The position numbers and the translations under genes are program-made. Below, one piece after another: positions 62,465-64,000 of a stretch of DNA of 64,000 bases. Position 1 is the stretch's first letter, and each line of letters opens with the position of its first letter. Below the pieces are notes generated by a model. That model was given only the letters and a program-made list of their open reading frames with translations, did no database searches and was not told where the DNA came from. The stretch comes from a virus (Duplodnaviria; Caudoviricetes), in IMG/VR virus record IMGVR_UViG_3300036803_000035, positions 793 through 64,792 of that record; one strand, 5' to 3'.

Positions 62465-62788
62465 ATGGCACCGAATGGACTGCCTTCGAAGCGCTTCACG
62501 CCGGATGCGCTGCAGGCCTGGCGCATCGGCCACGGCCTGTTCATCCGCGAGATGGCGCACGCCTTCGGCTTCTCGGTCGGCCGCCTAAAGGACAAGCTGT
62601 ACGGCAGGACGCCGATCACCGAGCAAGTCGATCGACTGACCGAGATGACCGATCTGCTGCTGCATCGAGGCATCCGACCGCCGGCGTGGCCCGATCGACT
62701 CGCGCGCCGCATTCACGCCAACATCGTCGGCTATAACGATCGGCATTCGGCGCAAAATCGCGACTCATCCCCAACAGAATCGCCCTAA
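62465..62788 (+). CDS. XRE-like HTH protein
   Basis: FTPDALQAWRIGHGLFIREMAHAFGFS...L..G.TPI. Confidence 0.55.
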   Translation: MAPNGLPSKRFTPDALQAWRIGHGLFIREMAHAFGFSVGRLKDKLYGRTPITEQVDRLTEMTDLLLHRGIRPPAWPDRLARRIHANIVGYNDRHSAQNRDSSPTESP

Positions 62789-62820
62789 AGGCTGATTCTC
62801 CGCCGCCGATTTCCTGGCTT

Positions 62821-63765
62821 TTGCCGCGATCCGTTTTCACGCTGTTAAGCGATCGGGCGGAAACTGCCTCGTCTCGAAGGTGTCAGCCAGCCGCGCACGT
62901 TTACCGGGGATTCACGGTCGTGGGTGTAACCGCGTTCGAAATTGTAGTGCTGCCGAATTCCGCCCGCCCGGTCTTACCCGCCGCGGCGGGTTTGGCATCC
63001 CCGGGAGAGGCTGTGGCAAGACGCGGCCGCCCCAAGCACCCCGGACCGCGCAAGCCGTGCGGACGCCTCGCGATCGCGATCGACGAGGGGCACCCGATGG
63101 TCTTGGAACGCCGCGCCGAGCTCGTCGGCGAGTATGCGAAGCGCAGCAAATACGCCGGCTTCGTGGTCGGTCATCTCTACCTGGCCGGCGCCTTTCAGCC
63201 GAGCGTCGAGAATGACGCCGACGAAAAGGCGGTGAAGCGCGCCATCGAGCGCAGCGATCGCCGCCGCGACATCCTGATCGAATTCGCCAAAATCCATTTC
63301 TGGCTGTGGGGCTCCGGCACCGCGCCGAGCCATCTGCGCAACGCCGTCGCCGGTGGCGGCGGCATCTCCTCGCCGGGCGATGATCGCGCCGAGATCGAGG
63401 CGAAGTGGCGCAAATGGTGCACGCTGGCGATGCTCGTGCCGCCTGGCCGCAGCCGCGTTCTCGCGCACCAGGTCCTCGAACGAGCCGCCCTGTACGAGAT
63501 CGCGCCGGCGAACGCCGCCGAGCTCGACTGCCTGATCCGCGTCGCCGATCGGCTGATCGCTTTCGACAAGGAGGAGCGGCGCCGCAATCGCAAGAGCCGC
63601 GGCGATCGGGAAGATTTCCCCAAATCGACCCAGGTCACTCGCACGGCGCGCCGCGATCGGATGCTCGACATCTATTCGCGCGGCGTCTTTGGGCCCTCCG
63701 ACGAGGAGCTCGCCGAGGCGCTGGCGCGGTTCCGAGTTTTACCCACGCTCGGCTCGGCCGACTGA
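62821..63765 (+). CDS. Hypothetical protein (true start probably downstream of 62821)
   Basis: Long ORF with natural composition from about HPMVLERRAEL onward. Confidence 0.55.
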   Translation: MPRSVFTLLSDRAETASSRRCQPAAHVYRGFTVVGVTAFEIVVLPNSARPVLPAAAGLASPGEAVARRGRPKHPGPRKPCGRLAIAIDEGHPMVLERRAELVGEYAKRSKYAGFVVGHLYLAGAFQPSVENDADEKAVKRAIERSDRRRDILIEFAKIHFWLWGSGTAPSHLRNAVAGGGGISSPGDDRAEIEAKWRKWCTLAMLVPPGRSRVLAHQVLERAALYEIAPANAAELDCLIRVADRLIAFDKEERRRNRKSRGDREDFPKSTQVTRTARRDRMLDIYSRGVFGPSDEELAEALARFRVLPTLGSAD

Positions 63766-64000
63766 GGCAGCACGTCGGCGATGACGATGATCCGTTATCA
63801 GGAATGGCGCCATCCGGTGCGACCGGGGCTCGCGCTGTCAGTTTTCGCGCTGATCAATCGCGGCAAACAGTGGTTGCGACGTCGCCGGCGACGGTGGTCG
63901 CGATGACCGCGCGCGGTTTCAACGGTTGCAACGACCATTCACGGATGAAACGGCGGCAGGATGCCCCGACCGCGCTCACAGATGCGCGCTCAAGGCGCGA

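Noticed and set aside
1-64000. CRISPR array, tRNA, rRNA, DGR/retron reverse transcriptase, IS transposase
   Set aside because: No equal-length repeat-spacer series, cloverleaf, YxDD RT motif or DDE transposase was recognised by eye. A tRNAscan/CRISPR scan was not run.
1-64000. Stop-codon reassignment
   Set aside because: Core genes are full length in the standard code and end in TGA, TAA or TAG with normal overlaps.

Overview
The window is most or all of a high-GC (about two-thirds by eye) tailed phage or prophage genome. It has an HK97-type head and a non-contractile, siphovirus-type tail. The host is probably an alphaproteobacterium, judged mainly from a GapR/DUF2312 homologue. No host housekeeping flank, CRISPR array, tRNA, rRNA or reverse transcriptase was recognised. 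Layout: (1) 1-3.6 kb: small serine recombinase, Acb2/Tad1-like protein, small ORFs, a perfect parS site and a packaging HNH nuclease. (2) 3.7-6.9 kb: overlapping ParB-N, ABC-ATPase-GNAT and acyl-CoA ligase genes. (3) 7.2-14.3 kb: leftward array of about 19 genes, 13 with the same GGAGATC ribosome-binding motif, including ASCH and a MoxR AAA / DUF3150-like / peptidase-vWA trio. (4) 14.9-50.6 kb: late operon with terS, terL, portal, a 4.3 kb insert, protease, capsid, a methyltransferase / radical SAM / double glycosyltransferase cassette, head-tail and tail genes, a -1 frameshift chaperone, tape measure, fibres, another glycosyltransferase and lysis genes. (5) 50.6-55.6 kb: leftward recombination arm with Bet/RecT. 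(6) 55.7-64 kb: rightward Cro-like, GapR fusion, VRR-NUC, HTH replication protein and small ORFs. The strongest novelty candidates are a putative acyl-CoA-fed, Mom-like DNA acylation operon; a putative virion glycosylation and tailoring cassette containing a radical SAM enzyme; an apparently circularly permuted tail tube protein; and a host-type parS site in a genome with no visible CI repressor or tyrosine integrase. All family calls come from motifs recognised by eye, and no database searches were run.
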